The notes under the pieces were generated by a model. That model was not told the DNA's origin. It saw only the letters and a list, made by a program, of their open reading frames with translations, and ran no database searches. A DNA stretch of 64,000 nt from Octopus sinensis (taxonomy: Eukaryota). Shown here in pieces: positions 35,752 through 46,700 of this stretch. Position 1 is the first letter of the stretch. Every line of letters begins with the position of its first letter. The position numbers and the translations under genes are program-made. The stretch covers positions 4,773,360-4,837,359 of the forward strand of contig NC_043019.1 of assembly GCF_006345805.1 (NCBI RefSeq), written 5' to 3'.

Positions 35752-36107
35752 TGGTATATATAATTATATTATATACATGCCTATATATAATATAATATGT
35801 TTATACATACCACACACACACATATATATATGCGTATATATATGTATTATATCTAAATATACATACAATACACACACATACACACGCATATACACCACCC
35901 ATACAAAGATATACATACATATATATCTATATGTATATATATATCTATAGTACATATATATATATATATATTATTCATATATACTATATGCATATATAAT
36001 ATATGTGTATGTATGTATGAGTAAGTATGTATGTATGTATGTATGTATGTAGTATGTATGTATAATTATTTTTCGAGCAATAATATTCATGCAATGTTGC
36101 AATGTTC
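35322..36107. repeat. About 370-bp inverted repeat centred on (TA)n
   Basis: 35322-35690 vs 35745-36107, including the unique AACATTGCAACATTGCATGAATATTTATTGCTCGAAAAATAATTA. Confidence 0.85.
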
Positions 36108-36120
36108 ATTATATATATAT

Positions 36121-36163
<43 letters not shown>

Positions 36164-36310
36164 TTATTTATAGAAGGAGCTTCTTCTATAAAATAAATTA
36201 ATAATTAATTTACTCTGCTATGATTGAGTACCTTATTTGCTGTGGTTAACCCCGACTCAACCCGGGACCTACACATATATACATATAATATATATATATA
36301 ATATAATATA

Positions 36311-36377
<67 letters not shown>

Positions 36378-36405
36378 AACATTCATATATGTATATACAT
36401 ACATT

Positions 36406-36448
<43 letters not shown>

Positions 36449-36699
36449 TATTATAATATATATTATATATATATTATATATACATATTTATATATATATT
36501 AGACAAATTAATGGAAAAAACCTTGTTAAATAAAAGTTTTTATATTCAATACGCAGTTGGGTCCAAATTTGGTATCCGTCACAGAAAGTTTTCGAAGGTT
36601 TTGCATCCCTTCTGCTGTGCACTGGCCTCACACAGTCATTCTGCGTATCCAAAATTAAATTCTAACCCCACCACCACCACCCACCACCCCGAAAAGCAG

Positions 36700-37075
36700 T
36701 AGTGATCGGAACGCCACCAAGAATGTTTCTAGTCGTCTGAAGAAATCTGCCTTCCCATGCTGCCACGCACGTCCAGGTCCGTCAACTGGATCCAACAAAG
36801 ATTGCCCATACCTTGACGCTTAAGGATTTCTGGGATACCACTGCTACCCCACCAAACGATCCCGACAAACCATGTGATCAGAATATTTCATAGTCGTCGA
36901 AAAATGGAAGTCAATGCCTGCGCTCCGAAGATTCTCGTCTTGCTGATGTCGATCACACCTATGTCGACTGACCTGAAATCGTTAAGCAAGTAACCTTGCT
37001 TCCAAGTTGATCCCAGCCTATGCACATTAACACACACCTCTCTCTGAACAGCCATATTCGTCGCAGAAAGAAAAG
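36700..37075 (-). mobile_element. Tx1/L1-like APE endonuclease remnant
   Basis: CVNVHRLGSTWKQGYLLNDFRSVDIGVIDISKTRI, GGVAVV and DFFRRLETFL resemble a Tx1 EN N-terminus; broken frame. Confidence 0.6.
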
Positions 37076-37169
37076 TCACTCATCTTGGTCCTCGGGAACC
37101 CCGGATGTTCCGGACGTCTCTTCATGTGAATGTTCTTGAATAGTCTTTCTATTAGTCTTTTATCAGTTA

Positions 37170-37668
37170 CTAGCAGTATCGCCCGGCGTTGCTCGGGTTT
37201 GTAAGGGAAATAACTATATAAGCATTTTTAGAGAGTTATAGCCAAAAAATAGCAAAAAAATGCATTAAAAATGGAAAAAAATGATGGAAAATTTTTTTTT
37301 AAATCGTTGACTCATCGTAGACATTTTTAGAGAGTTACTTCCCTTATATAATAGCGGAAAAATGCATTAAAATGGAAAAAAATGATGGAAAATTTTTTTT
37401 TAAATCGTTGACCTCATCGTAGAACATTTTTAGAGAGTTACTTCCCTTATATAATAGCGAAAAAATGCATTAAAATGGAAAAAAATGATGGTAAATTATT
37501 TTTAAAATCGTAGACTCATCGTAGACGCGCGCTAATACCCAGAGGGCTCGATATGAATCATGACTATAAGATACTCGCTTTTGGTTAAACTGCACCGCAA
37601 AATGTGGGAGTAGTTAGGAATCTAAATCGTAGGAGAGAGACACACAACCTTACTTTTATATATAAAGA
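37170..37668 (-). mobile_element. Non-autonomous Helitron, 499 bp, with an internal about 98-bp repeat in 3 copies
   Basis: Minus strand A|TCTTTATATATAAAA ... CCCGAGCAACGCCGGGCGATACTGCTAG|T. Confidence 0.85.
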
Positions 37669-37924
37669 TTTCCTTAAAACCTCCTCATAAGACAAGTATT
37701 TTTCAAGGAGTGATTTATAAACATCTGACGACGTTCTGTATTTCAGGATTTTGAAAAATAATTCCTCAGATTCCAATCCTTTTGTTTCAATTTTGTCCTT
37801 CACATCAGCACTCCATCAACTTGTTTTTATTTACAATAGTGACGTTGATGAATGTTGTATCTGCGCGATGTTGTCTGTTTTGTTGTTTTTGCTGTTTCAG
37901 TTTTGGTTGTTGTTGTCTTTGTGT

Positions 37925-38297
37925 GTTGCTGTTGCTGTTGAGCGAAGCGGTCTTCGTCCCAGTAGTGGGAGAAGTCCGAAACGTGGTCCATTTGCTATTC
38001 GTAAGACCCGCAGAAGAGAAAGCAGGTAAACCCCCGACACCGAGCATCGACGGATGGATGAATGCTCATCCAGGCTCAGCGGTTGCGTAGGAAGTCGGGG
38101 ACAAGAAACAGGAAGAAAGAGTGAGAGAAAGTTGGAGCGAAAGAGTACAACAGGGGTCACCACCACCCCCTGCAGGAGCCTCGTGGGGCTTTAGGTGTTT
38201 TCGTTCAATAAACACACACAACGCCCGGTCTGGGAATCGAAACCGCGATCCTCCGACCGCGAGTCCGCTGCCCTAACCATTGGGCCATTGCGGCTCC
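37925..38297 (-). mobile_element. SINE-C, tail type 5 ending in (CAA/CAG)n
   Basis: C head and body at 38100-38297, followed by a distinct tail. Confidence 0.75.
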
Positions 38298-38529
38298 TGT
38301 TGTTGTTGTTATGGTTTTTGTGTTTGTTGGTTTTGTTGTACTCGTGGGGTGAGGCTAGGCATCTTCCTCCTCTTCCGTCTTCCCTCCTTTGGTGATTCTT
38401 TGCAGCCTGCTCAACTAATTCTCCAAGGAATCGGTGAGCAACGAGGAAGTCTGATACAATATAGGATCTTGTCTCTTGAACTACTGTTGTTGTTGGGAGT
38501 GGTTGTGTCTGTTGATTTGGGATATTTAA

Positions 38530-38890
38530 TGTCCACTCTCAATGGGCTGGATGGTTTGACTGGAGCTGATAAACCAGGGAGCTGCACCAGTTTCCAGTCT
38601 GATTTGGCTCGGTTTCTACAGCTGGATGCCCTTCATAACGCCAACCACTCTGCATAAATAATTAATATACGTGGGCCCCAGCCATTGTGTTCTGGCAGTC
38701 AGCAAAATATAGAGATGAGGACCAAAACAGTTATATGTAAATAATTAAGCACTTGGGCCCAACAGCAACCATTTGTTCTGATCTCCAGTGAAAAGCTAAG
38801 AACTGAGTTGAGCATCTTCATCGTCCTCATCATTTAATGTTTGTTTTCCATGCTGGTATGGATTGGACAGTATAATGAGCTGGCAAGCCA
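38530..38890 (-). mobile_element. Two fragments of another SINE-like repeat (family H)
   Basis: TTTCTACAGCTGGATGCCCTTCATAACGCCAACCAC and CATCATTTAATGTTTGTTTTCCATGCTGG; recognised from memory only. Confidence 0.45.
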
Positions 38891-38966
38891 CAGGATTGCA
38901 ATATACATAAAAAACAAGCACATGAGCCTTACAATAACTATTTCATTCTGGTTGTTAGCAAGATAT

Positions 38967-39134
38967 GCAGGAGTGGCTGTGTGGTAAGTAGCTTGTTTAC
39001 CAACCACATGGTTCCGGGTTCAATCCCACTGCGTGGCACTTTGGGTGAGTGTCTTCTACTATAGTCTCGGGACGACCAAAGCCTTGTGAGTGGGTTTGGT
39101 AGACGGAAACTGATAGAAGCCCGTCGTATATATG

Positions 39135-39215
<81 letters not shown>

Positions 39216-39428
39216 TTGTGTGTCTGTGTTTGTCCCCCTAGCATTGCTTGACAACCGATGCTGGTGTGTTTATGTCCCCGTCACTTAGCGGTTCGGCAAA
39301 AAGAGACCAATAGAATAAGTACTGGGCTTACAAAAGAATAAGTCCCGGGGTCGATTTGCTCGATTAAAGGCGGTGCTCCAGCATGGCCGCAGTCAAATGA
39401 CTGAAACAAATAAAAGAGTAAAGAGAGT
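38967..39428 (+). mobile_element. SINE-A
   Basis: Consensus match. Confidence 0.9.
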
Positions 39429-39941
39429 ATATGTAGATGCTTTTTCTGAGGTTGCCGGAAATGAACTTCTTCGCTCTCTTTGTAATGGCTTTGACGTGAG
39501 TGTTCACAGCTGTTCTCCTTGTTTCTGCAGTTGGTATTGAAGTGGTTGTGATATTGCCAATAGGGGACAATGGCTCATGTTCTGAAGGCAGGAAGCTTCT
39601 TGATAGGTGGTGCACCTGCAAGAATAACATTCTACCTTTCTTACCTCCCTTTACTTCCTCCATATAAATGACGCCATGGATTTTGGAGAAATTTCCTGCT
39701 GTCACCAGCATTTCCATCTCCACCTTGATCGCCCGACCAGTTTTCTTTAGGGGCCGATTTAAAGGTGATATATCGCCATATTCATCCAGTATCATTCCGA
39801 GATACTGAATGTTCACCTGACACATTAAAATGTCACCTTGTTCACACACCTCCCCCCAGAAAGATGGGAACTAAAATATGCTCTTCAGGGGGAAGGGGAG
39901 TACATGTGGATACCTCTTTTTAGCCTTCTCTTCATTGTGAC

Positions 39942-40104
39942 GTGTGGTAAGTAGCTTGTTTACCAACCACATGGTTCCGGGTTCAGTCCCACTGCGTGGC
40001 ACCTTGGCAAGTGTCTTCAACTATAGCTTCGGGCCGACCAACGCCTTGCGAGTGGATTTGGTAGACGGATACTGAAAGAAGCCCGTCGTATATATGTGTA
40101 TATA

Positions 40105-40174
<70 letters not shown>

Positions 40175-40439
40175 GTGGTGTGTGTGTGGTGTGTGTGTGT
40201 GTGTGTGTGTGGTGTGTGTGTGTGTGTGTGTATGTTTGTGTGTCTGTTTGTCCCCCTAGCATTGCTTGACAACCGATGCTGGTGTGTTTATGTCCCCGTC
40301 ACTTAGCTGTTCGGCAAAAGAGACCGATAGAATAAGTACTGGGCTTACAAAGAATAAGTCCCGGGATCGAGTCGCTCGACTAAAGGCGGTGCTCCAGCAT
40401 GGCCGCAGTCAAATGACTGAAACAAGTAAAAGAGTAAAG
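39942..40439 (+). mobile_element. SINE-A
   Basis: Consensus match, expanded internal microsatellite. Confidence 0.9.
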
Positions 40440-40770
40440 ACAGTGCCACTGAGCCAAAAGCTCTTCCTGTTTCGCACACTCTATAACGATCTCCAAACAT
40501 CTTTCAAGCATCTCTCTGCCTGCACTGGGATAAGATTTTCGAGTTTCTTTGTTTTCCTATCAAGTCATCCATAAATGAAAGCTTTCATTTAATTAAATTT
40601 TCGCTATCTTATCCTAATACTACGCCAAGTAGTATTACAAGATGATTAGGTTTACCAGGTATTTTCTTAAATCTTTTCTAAAATTAGATTGGGGGTATTG
40701 TTTATCCATAATTGCTCGAATAGTGTTGCTTTCGTTGTTGTTGTTGTTGTTGCTGTTGTTGTTGTTGTTG

Positions 40771-40844
<74 letters not shown>

Positions 40845-40959
40845 GGCTTTGATGTAGTTTAATTTGTTGATGATAAAATCAATTTTTTGTGTTTTCCATT
40901 TCGTGTTCATCTACAATGTAGATTCCACAATGTTATGCAACAATATAAATAATCTTTCT

Positions 40960-41078
40960 ACATGAGGCACAAGGCTTGAAATTGTTGGCAGAGGAACTAG
41001 TCGATTGCATCGATCCCAGTGATTGGCTGGCGCTTATTTTATCGAACCCGAAAAGATAAAGGCAAAGTCGACCTCGGC
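40960..41078 (-). mobile_element. SINE-B 3' fragment with tail 2
   Basis: GGCACAAGGCTTGAAATT...AAAGGCAAAGTCGACCTCGGC. Confidence 0.75.
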
Positions 41079-41528
41079 CAATACACACAGATAGAGAAAT
41101 TAAGGCCAACAGACCAGATATAGTTGTCAGAGATCATGAAGAAAATAAATGTTTTCTAATTGATGTATCAATACCAGCGGATGACAACGTGTCTCTAAAA
41201 GAAATGGAGAAACTTTCAAACTACAAAGACCTGGAAATAGAGGTAACCAGAATGTGGAATCTAAAAACAGAAACAATTCCTATCATAGTAGGTGCATTAT
41301 GCATGATAAAAAAATATTCAGACAAATACATAACAAAAACACCAGGACTTACAAACACATATAACATACAGAAAATTGCACTACTAGGCACTGCACACAT
41401 CCTACGCAGAACACTTTCCATACAATAACCATCAGAGCATCACAACAAATCACAGCACATACCCAAGGCACACAGAGCTGTGCTCGGTAGTGAAGTGAAA
41501 GCACGCTATAAAAATAAAACTACTGAAT
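41079..41528 (+). mobile_element. R4/Dong-type non-LTR retrotransposon 3' end (restriction-like endonuclease), followed by (TAA)n
   Basis: IHTDREIKANRPDIVVRDHEENKCFLIDVSIPADDNVSLKEMEKLSNYKDLEIEV...LLGTAHILRRTLSIQ*, then 100-bp 3' UTR. Confidence 0.85.
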
Positions 41529-41556
41529 GATAATAATAATAATAATAATAATAATA

Positions 41557-41815
41557 GCTGATTGCTACCTAGGTCAGATACCAGGAAACCCCAAAATGGC
41601 AGAAATTCAAAAGATAGTGCTCATGGGAACCGCTCATATCCTACGCAAAATACTTTCTATGTAATCTCAAATATTAAAACAAACACATAATTTTCTTATG
41701 GTTTCTTAAACATTCTCTAGAACAACACTATGTACAAAACCAAATATATGGCACCCTAGGCATAACACCAACATGAACTTCCAACTTGTTGTCTCTAGAG
41801 GTCTCTTGGTGAACA
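41557..41815 (+). mobile_element. Second, different R4/Dong-type 3' end followed by (AAT)n
   Basis: QIPGNPKMAEIQKIVLMGTAHILRKILSM* with a different 3' UTR. Confidence 0.75.
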
Positions 41816-41823
41816 AATATAAA

Positions 41824-41890
<67 letters not shown>

Positions 41891-41902
41891 GTAATAATAA
41901 TA

Positions 41903-42310
41903 AGTCGTACGAACACAAACCCGAAGGCATCATCGAAAATGATAATGCAAGAATCCTATGGGATTTTATGATTCAATGCGACCATAGGATAAAGAATAGG
42001 AAATCAGGTATAGCGTTGAGAAAGAAAGCAAACGATGCTGGATCATACCCAGCTGACAACAAGGTATGTGATAAGGAAGAAAGAAAAGTCGAGAGATATA
42101 ACAGGTTAGCTTGGGAGGATAAGCAGTTGTGGTCGCTGGTGGTAGTAGTACCAATAATTGCCGGAGCTCTGGGAACAATGAGCAAAATTTTGAGAAGTAC
42201 ATGGAACAAATAAGGGTTGCAATGAAGGTGGAGCGCTTGCCGAAAACAGCACTGCTTGGAACAGCTCGAATACTCCGGATGGTGCACGAAAAATAAGGGG
42301 TGTTACGACA
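41903..42310 (+). mobile_element. Third, more decayed R4/Dong-type 3' end
   Basis: YEHKPEGIIENDNARILWDFMIQCDH...VVPIIAGALG...KTALLGTARILRMV; frameshifted. Confidence 0.75.
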
Positions 42311-42332
42311 GTATTTTACTGGTGCATTATTT

Positions 42333-42685
42333 TACGGGGGTGAGCTGAATAGTTCATAGGCTGACGAAGGAGTGATGCAAGAGTTGTGTTGATTTCAACC
42401 CTTTTTATTAATAATCGCATTGTTTCTTTCCAGGTAAACTGACATCTGATTGCTCAAAGAAGACTTCAGAAGCAGCTAGTAGTGACTTCTTTTGAAAATG
42501 GACAAAATTTGGCATCGAGATGTTATCAAAGACTTGCTAAAAGAGGGTTTTGCCCCCACCCCATCCCTACCTCATGATATTCATGCTGACATGGTTGCTG
42601 CATTAAGGGAAGCCGTTTCAGACCTTATTAACAGTGCAGAAGTGGGCAGTTGAATTTAGGCGGAGTAAGGAGAATTTTCAGAGTC
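42333..42685 (+). mobile_element. mariner 5' end remnant
   Basis: TACGGGGTGAGCTGAATAGTTCATAGG TIR-like start; MDKIWHRDVIK...DIHADMV...TVQKWAVEFRR in broken frames. Confidence 0.65.
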
Positions 42686-42747
42686 TACACAAGATAGGAT
42701 AAAAGGTAAGATCGCTTTTGGCAGATAAACGAAAATAATTCTCGCAA

Positions 42748-44095
42748 GAGCTGACAGAAACGTTAGCACGCCGGGCGAAATGCGTAGCCGTATTTCGTCT
42801 GCCGTTGCGTTCTGATTTCAAATTCCACCGAGGTCGACTTTGCCTCTCATCCTTTCGGGGTCGATAAATTAAGTACCAGTTACGCACTGGGGTCGATGTA
42901 ATCGACTTAATACCTATGTCTGTCCTTGTTTGTCCCCTCTATGTTTAGCCCCTTTTGGGTAATAAAGAAATAGGTATTTCATCTGCCGCTACGTTCTGAG
43001 TTCAAATTCCGCCGAGGTCGACTTTGCCTCTCATCCTTTCGGGGTCGATAAATTAAGTACCAGTTACGCACTGGGGTCGATGTAATCGACTTAATACCTA
43101 TGTCTGTCCTTTTTGTCTCCTCTAGTTAGCCCCTTTGGTGGTAGTAAAGAAATAGGTATTTCATCTGCCGCTACGTTCTGATTTCAAATTCCGCCGAGGT
43201 CGACTTTGCCTTTCATCCTTTCGGGGTCGAAAAATTAAGTACAAATTACGCACTGGGGTCGATGTAATCGACTTAATCCGTTTGTCTGTCCTTGTTTGCA
43301 CCCTCTGTGTTTAGCCCCTTGTGGGCAGTAAAGAAATAGGTATTTCATCTGCCGCTACGTTCTGATTCAAATTCCGCCGAGGTCGACTTTGCCTTTCATC
43401 CTTCGGGGTCGATTAATAAGTACCAGTTACGCACTGGAGTCAATAAAATCGACTAATCCGTTTGTCTGTCCTTGTTTGCCCCCTCTGTGTTTAGCCCCTT
43501 GTGGGTAGTAAAGAAATAGGTATTTCATCTGCCGCTACGTTCTGATTTCAAATTCCGCCGAGGTCGACTTTGCCTTTCATCCTTTCGGGGTCGATTAAAT
43601 AAGTACCAGTTACGCACTGGAGTCAATAAAATCGACTTAATCCGTTTGTCTGTCCTTGTTTGCCCCCTCTGTGTTTAGCCCCTTGTGGGCAGTAAAGAAA
43701 TAGGTATTTCATCTGCCGCTACGTTCTGATTTCAAATTCCGCCGAGGTCGACTTTGCCGTTCATCCTTTCGGGGTCGATTAAATAAGTACCAGTTACGCA
43801 CTGGAGTCAATAAAATCGACTTAATCCCTTTGTCTGTCCTTGTTTGTCCCCTCTATGTTTGGCCCCTTGTGGGCAATATAAAAATAAGAAACGTTAGCAC
43901 GCCGAGCGAAATCTTTTGCAGTATTTCGTCTGTCTTTACGTTCTGAGTTCAAATTCCGCCGAGGTCGACTTTGCCTTTCATCCTTGCGGGGTTCGATAAA
44001 TTAAGTACCAGTTGCGTACTGGAGTAGATCTAATCGACTGGCTCTCGACCCAATATTTCCGGCCTTGTGCCTAGAGTAGAAAAGATATTTTGTCT
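42748..44095 (+). mobile_element. SINE-B 7-mer; last unit has a longer head piece and tail 2
   Basis: Junctions at 42973, 43155, 43339, 43519 and 43703; new entry point GAAACGTTAGC at about 43888. Confidence 0.9.
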
Positions 44096-44225
44096 GATAC
44101 TCTGTTGATTCTATCAATCCATCGCTACAACTACCACCACAGCTACAACCGCCGCCGCCACCGCCGCCGCACCATCAATCTCCTGAAATAACATAATAAG
44201 ATAATCAGCGATTATTAAGTGTTCC

Positions 44226-44600
44226 GTGGAGGCGCAATGGCCTAGTGGTTAGGGCAGCGGACTCGCGGTCGTAGGATCGCGGTTTCGATTCCCAGACCGG
44301 GCGTTGTCGAGTGTTTATTGAGCGAAAACACCTAAAAGCTCCACGAGGCTCCGGCAGGGGATGGTGGTGATCCCTGCTGTACTCTTTCACCAAAACTTTC
44401 TCTCACTCTTACTTCCTGTTTCTGTTGTACCTGTATTTTTGTCATTCTCTGTGTCACGCTGAATATCCCCGAGAACTACGTTAAGGGTACACGTGTCTGT
44501 GGAGTGCTCAGCCACTTACACGTTAATTTCACGAGCAGGCTGTTCCGTTGATTCGGATCAACCGGAACCCTCATCGTCGTAACCGACGGAGTGCTTCCCC
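44226..44600 (+). mobile_element. SINE-C, tail type 1, 12-bp TSD
   Basis: ATTAAGTGTTCC at 44214-44225 and ATTAAGTGTCCC at 44601-44612. Confidence 0.9.
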
Positions 44601-45182
44601 ATTAAGTGTCCCACAAGAAAATCAGTATTTCGACAACGTTATAACAGTGAACGCTGTCTTGAAAGTGATATAATGAGTAGAATTCGAGATAGTTTGTATA
44701 TTAAAGTCAAATGCTTCGCAGAACCACAATTTCTCCTTATCGTTATCCATTATTGCATATTTACTTGAAAATAAATGTAATTATCATTTGCGGAACGAAA
44801 ACGAGACAACGAGTGACTCATAAACAAGCGCATGCGTACACATGTACGCTTATATGTGTGTGTGTGTGCATGTATGCACCACTGAAATTTAATTGTCAAT
44901 TTAAAATAATGAGTATATAATGATGAAAATGATAACTCTTGACATAGAGACAGCATTTAATAATTCGTGGGAATAGAAAAGTTTGTGTCATCAATATTGA
45001 ACCGTTACTTATTTCCAACCTTAGAAATAAGTGTATGTGTGTGCGAGTGTGTGCGGGCGCGCGTGTACACCCTTATTTGTATAAAGACGTCCCCATACAA
45101 ACAAACATATATACATATATATATATATATTTTAAATATATAAGTTTATGAAAGAATGGAGTTGAACGACTTGTTAACAAAT

Positions 45183-45281
45183 TTCCTTTATTTTCGACAT
45201 ATGTTTCGAAGGCTGCATATTCCTAATTCCAAAGGAATAAGGAGTACATTATGCGGATTTCTCATCAGGAAAGGCAAGGAA
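45183..45281 (-). ncRNA. Type I hammerhead ribozyme, predicted cleavage between 45196 and 45195
   Basis: Minus strand: stem I UUCCUUGCCUUUC, CUGAUGA, G10.1-C11.1 long stem II, GAAA, C-AUAU-G stem III, UC, stem I GAAAAUAAAGGAA; all core nucleotides conserved. Confidence 0.75.
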
Positions 45282-45517
45282 CTTATGTCGACATCAAAAT
45301 GCACAAAAAACTTTTAGCTGACTGCTCTCAAGGAGCCCATGGCGATAATGAGTGTCTGTTTATAAGGAGTGACGTCAGAGTGGCTGAATGTAGAAGAATC
45401 TAGAAGGATCTAAAGGTTCAAGGGTTCAAATGAAGTAGGAGGAGGGAGGCATAAGAATAGTAAGGTAAGAGGGTGCAGGTCAAAAGAATGGTGGGCTTAA
45501 TTGATTTATGTCTATGC

Positions 45518-45758
45518 CCTAGGGACGTAACTTCAACCGTGTTCTTTCTGATGTGAATTTGCTACCCAGGTATCGGTTATCTTTCGAATTATCCTTAATA
45601 AGATAATTCATTCTACTACTCAAATATATATATATATATATATATATTATTGAAATGGATAAATGAATTATCTTGTTACGGATTATTCAAAAGATAACCG
45701 ATACCTGGGTAGCAAAAATCACAACAGAAAAAATCACGGTTGAGGTTACGACCATGGG
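45518..45758. repeat. Fold-back, about 95-bp arms around an (AT)n spacer
   Basis: 45518-45612 vs 45662-45758; perfect core TTGCTACCCAGGTATCGGTTATCTTT. Confidence 0.85.
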
Positions 45759-45899
45759 GTCTCAAACCCGTGCCTTAGGCGGAAATTTGAAGTTTATATA
45801 TTAGTGTAGGAAGAAATGGAGCTGAACGAAGATTTAACAAATTCCTTATTATTATTTTCTACATATGTTTCAAAGGCTGCAAAGTCCCTAATTATATAT

Positions 45900-45954
<55 letters not shown>

Positions 45955-45986
45955 TATTATATATATATATATATATAGGGGAGAAT

Positions 45987-46150
45987 AGTGATGTGTTTAC
46001 GTCCTCATAACTTAGCAGTTCGGCAAAAGTAACCGATAAAATAAGCATCAAACTTTTAAAACGTACTGGGGTCGATTCATTCGGCAAAAATTTTTTCAAG
46101 GCGGTGTTCCAGCATAGCCGCAGTCTAATGACTGATACAAGTAAAAGGAT
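45987..46150 (+). mobile_element. Diverged SINE-A 3' half
   Basis: GTGTTTACGTCC...GGGGTCGATT...CCAGCATAGCCGCAGTC. Confidence 0.7.
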
Positions 46151-46290
46151 AAAAAAATATACATACATACATACATACATTCATACATACATATATGCAT
46201 ACATACATACATACATACATACATACATGCATACATACATACATACATACATACATACATACATACATACATACATACATACATACATAC

Positions 46291-46534
46291 ATGGTGGCTG
46301 CCCCCTCGTTATCGAGTATGGCCATTGCACGAAGCTTAATCAATGTTGTTATCGTGCAATGCCTGTACAAGAAGTTTTTTTTTTAAGTGAGGAAAGGCTG
46401 TGCACTGAGTCAATCCCACTCACTAAGCAACAGCAGCCATAATCCGAAAAGAAGAACAAGTCAACATCATCGGTAACCACTGAGCCGCAGGTTTTATGTC
46501 GGAGTTATCCCAGTTACCTGAGTTACCTTCTCCT
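46291..46534 (-). mobile_element. Family G, 5'-truncated, ending in (GTAT)n
   Basis: rc is nearly identical to 53850-54094. Confidence 0.8.
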
Positions 46535-46700
46535 ATAGGCACAAGGTTTGAAATTTATTGAGGGCAATAGTCGATTACATCGGCTCCAGTGTTCAACTGG
46601 TAGTTATTTTATCGACCTCCGAAATGATGAGAGGCAAAGTGGACATCGGCAGAATTTGAACTCAGAAAACAAAGACGATTCTGCCAATTTGCCACTCTCA
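46535..46700 (-). mobile_element. Diverged SINE-B with tail 2, abutting family G
   Basis: ATAGGCACAAGG...GGCAAAGTGGACATCGGCAGAATTTGAACTCAG. Confidence 0.7.

Larger units (their letters stand above)
45143..45893 (-). mobile_element. Penelope-like/retrozyme-like relic with a partial terminal direct repeat, embedded in (AT)n
   Basis: 45143-45228 is repeated, diverged, at 45791-45893; contains the hammerhead; no ORF. Confidence 0.5.

Noticed and set aside
37942-37994. Hammerhead-like hairpin plus GAAACGTGGTC on plus
   Set aside because: The CUGANGA position reads GCGAAGC, stem I has no partner, and it is the antisense of a SINE-C tail stem-loop
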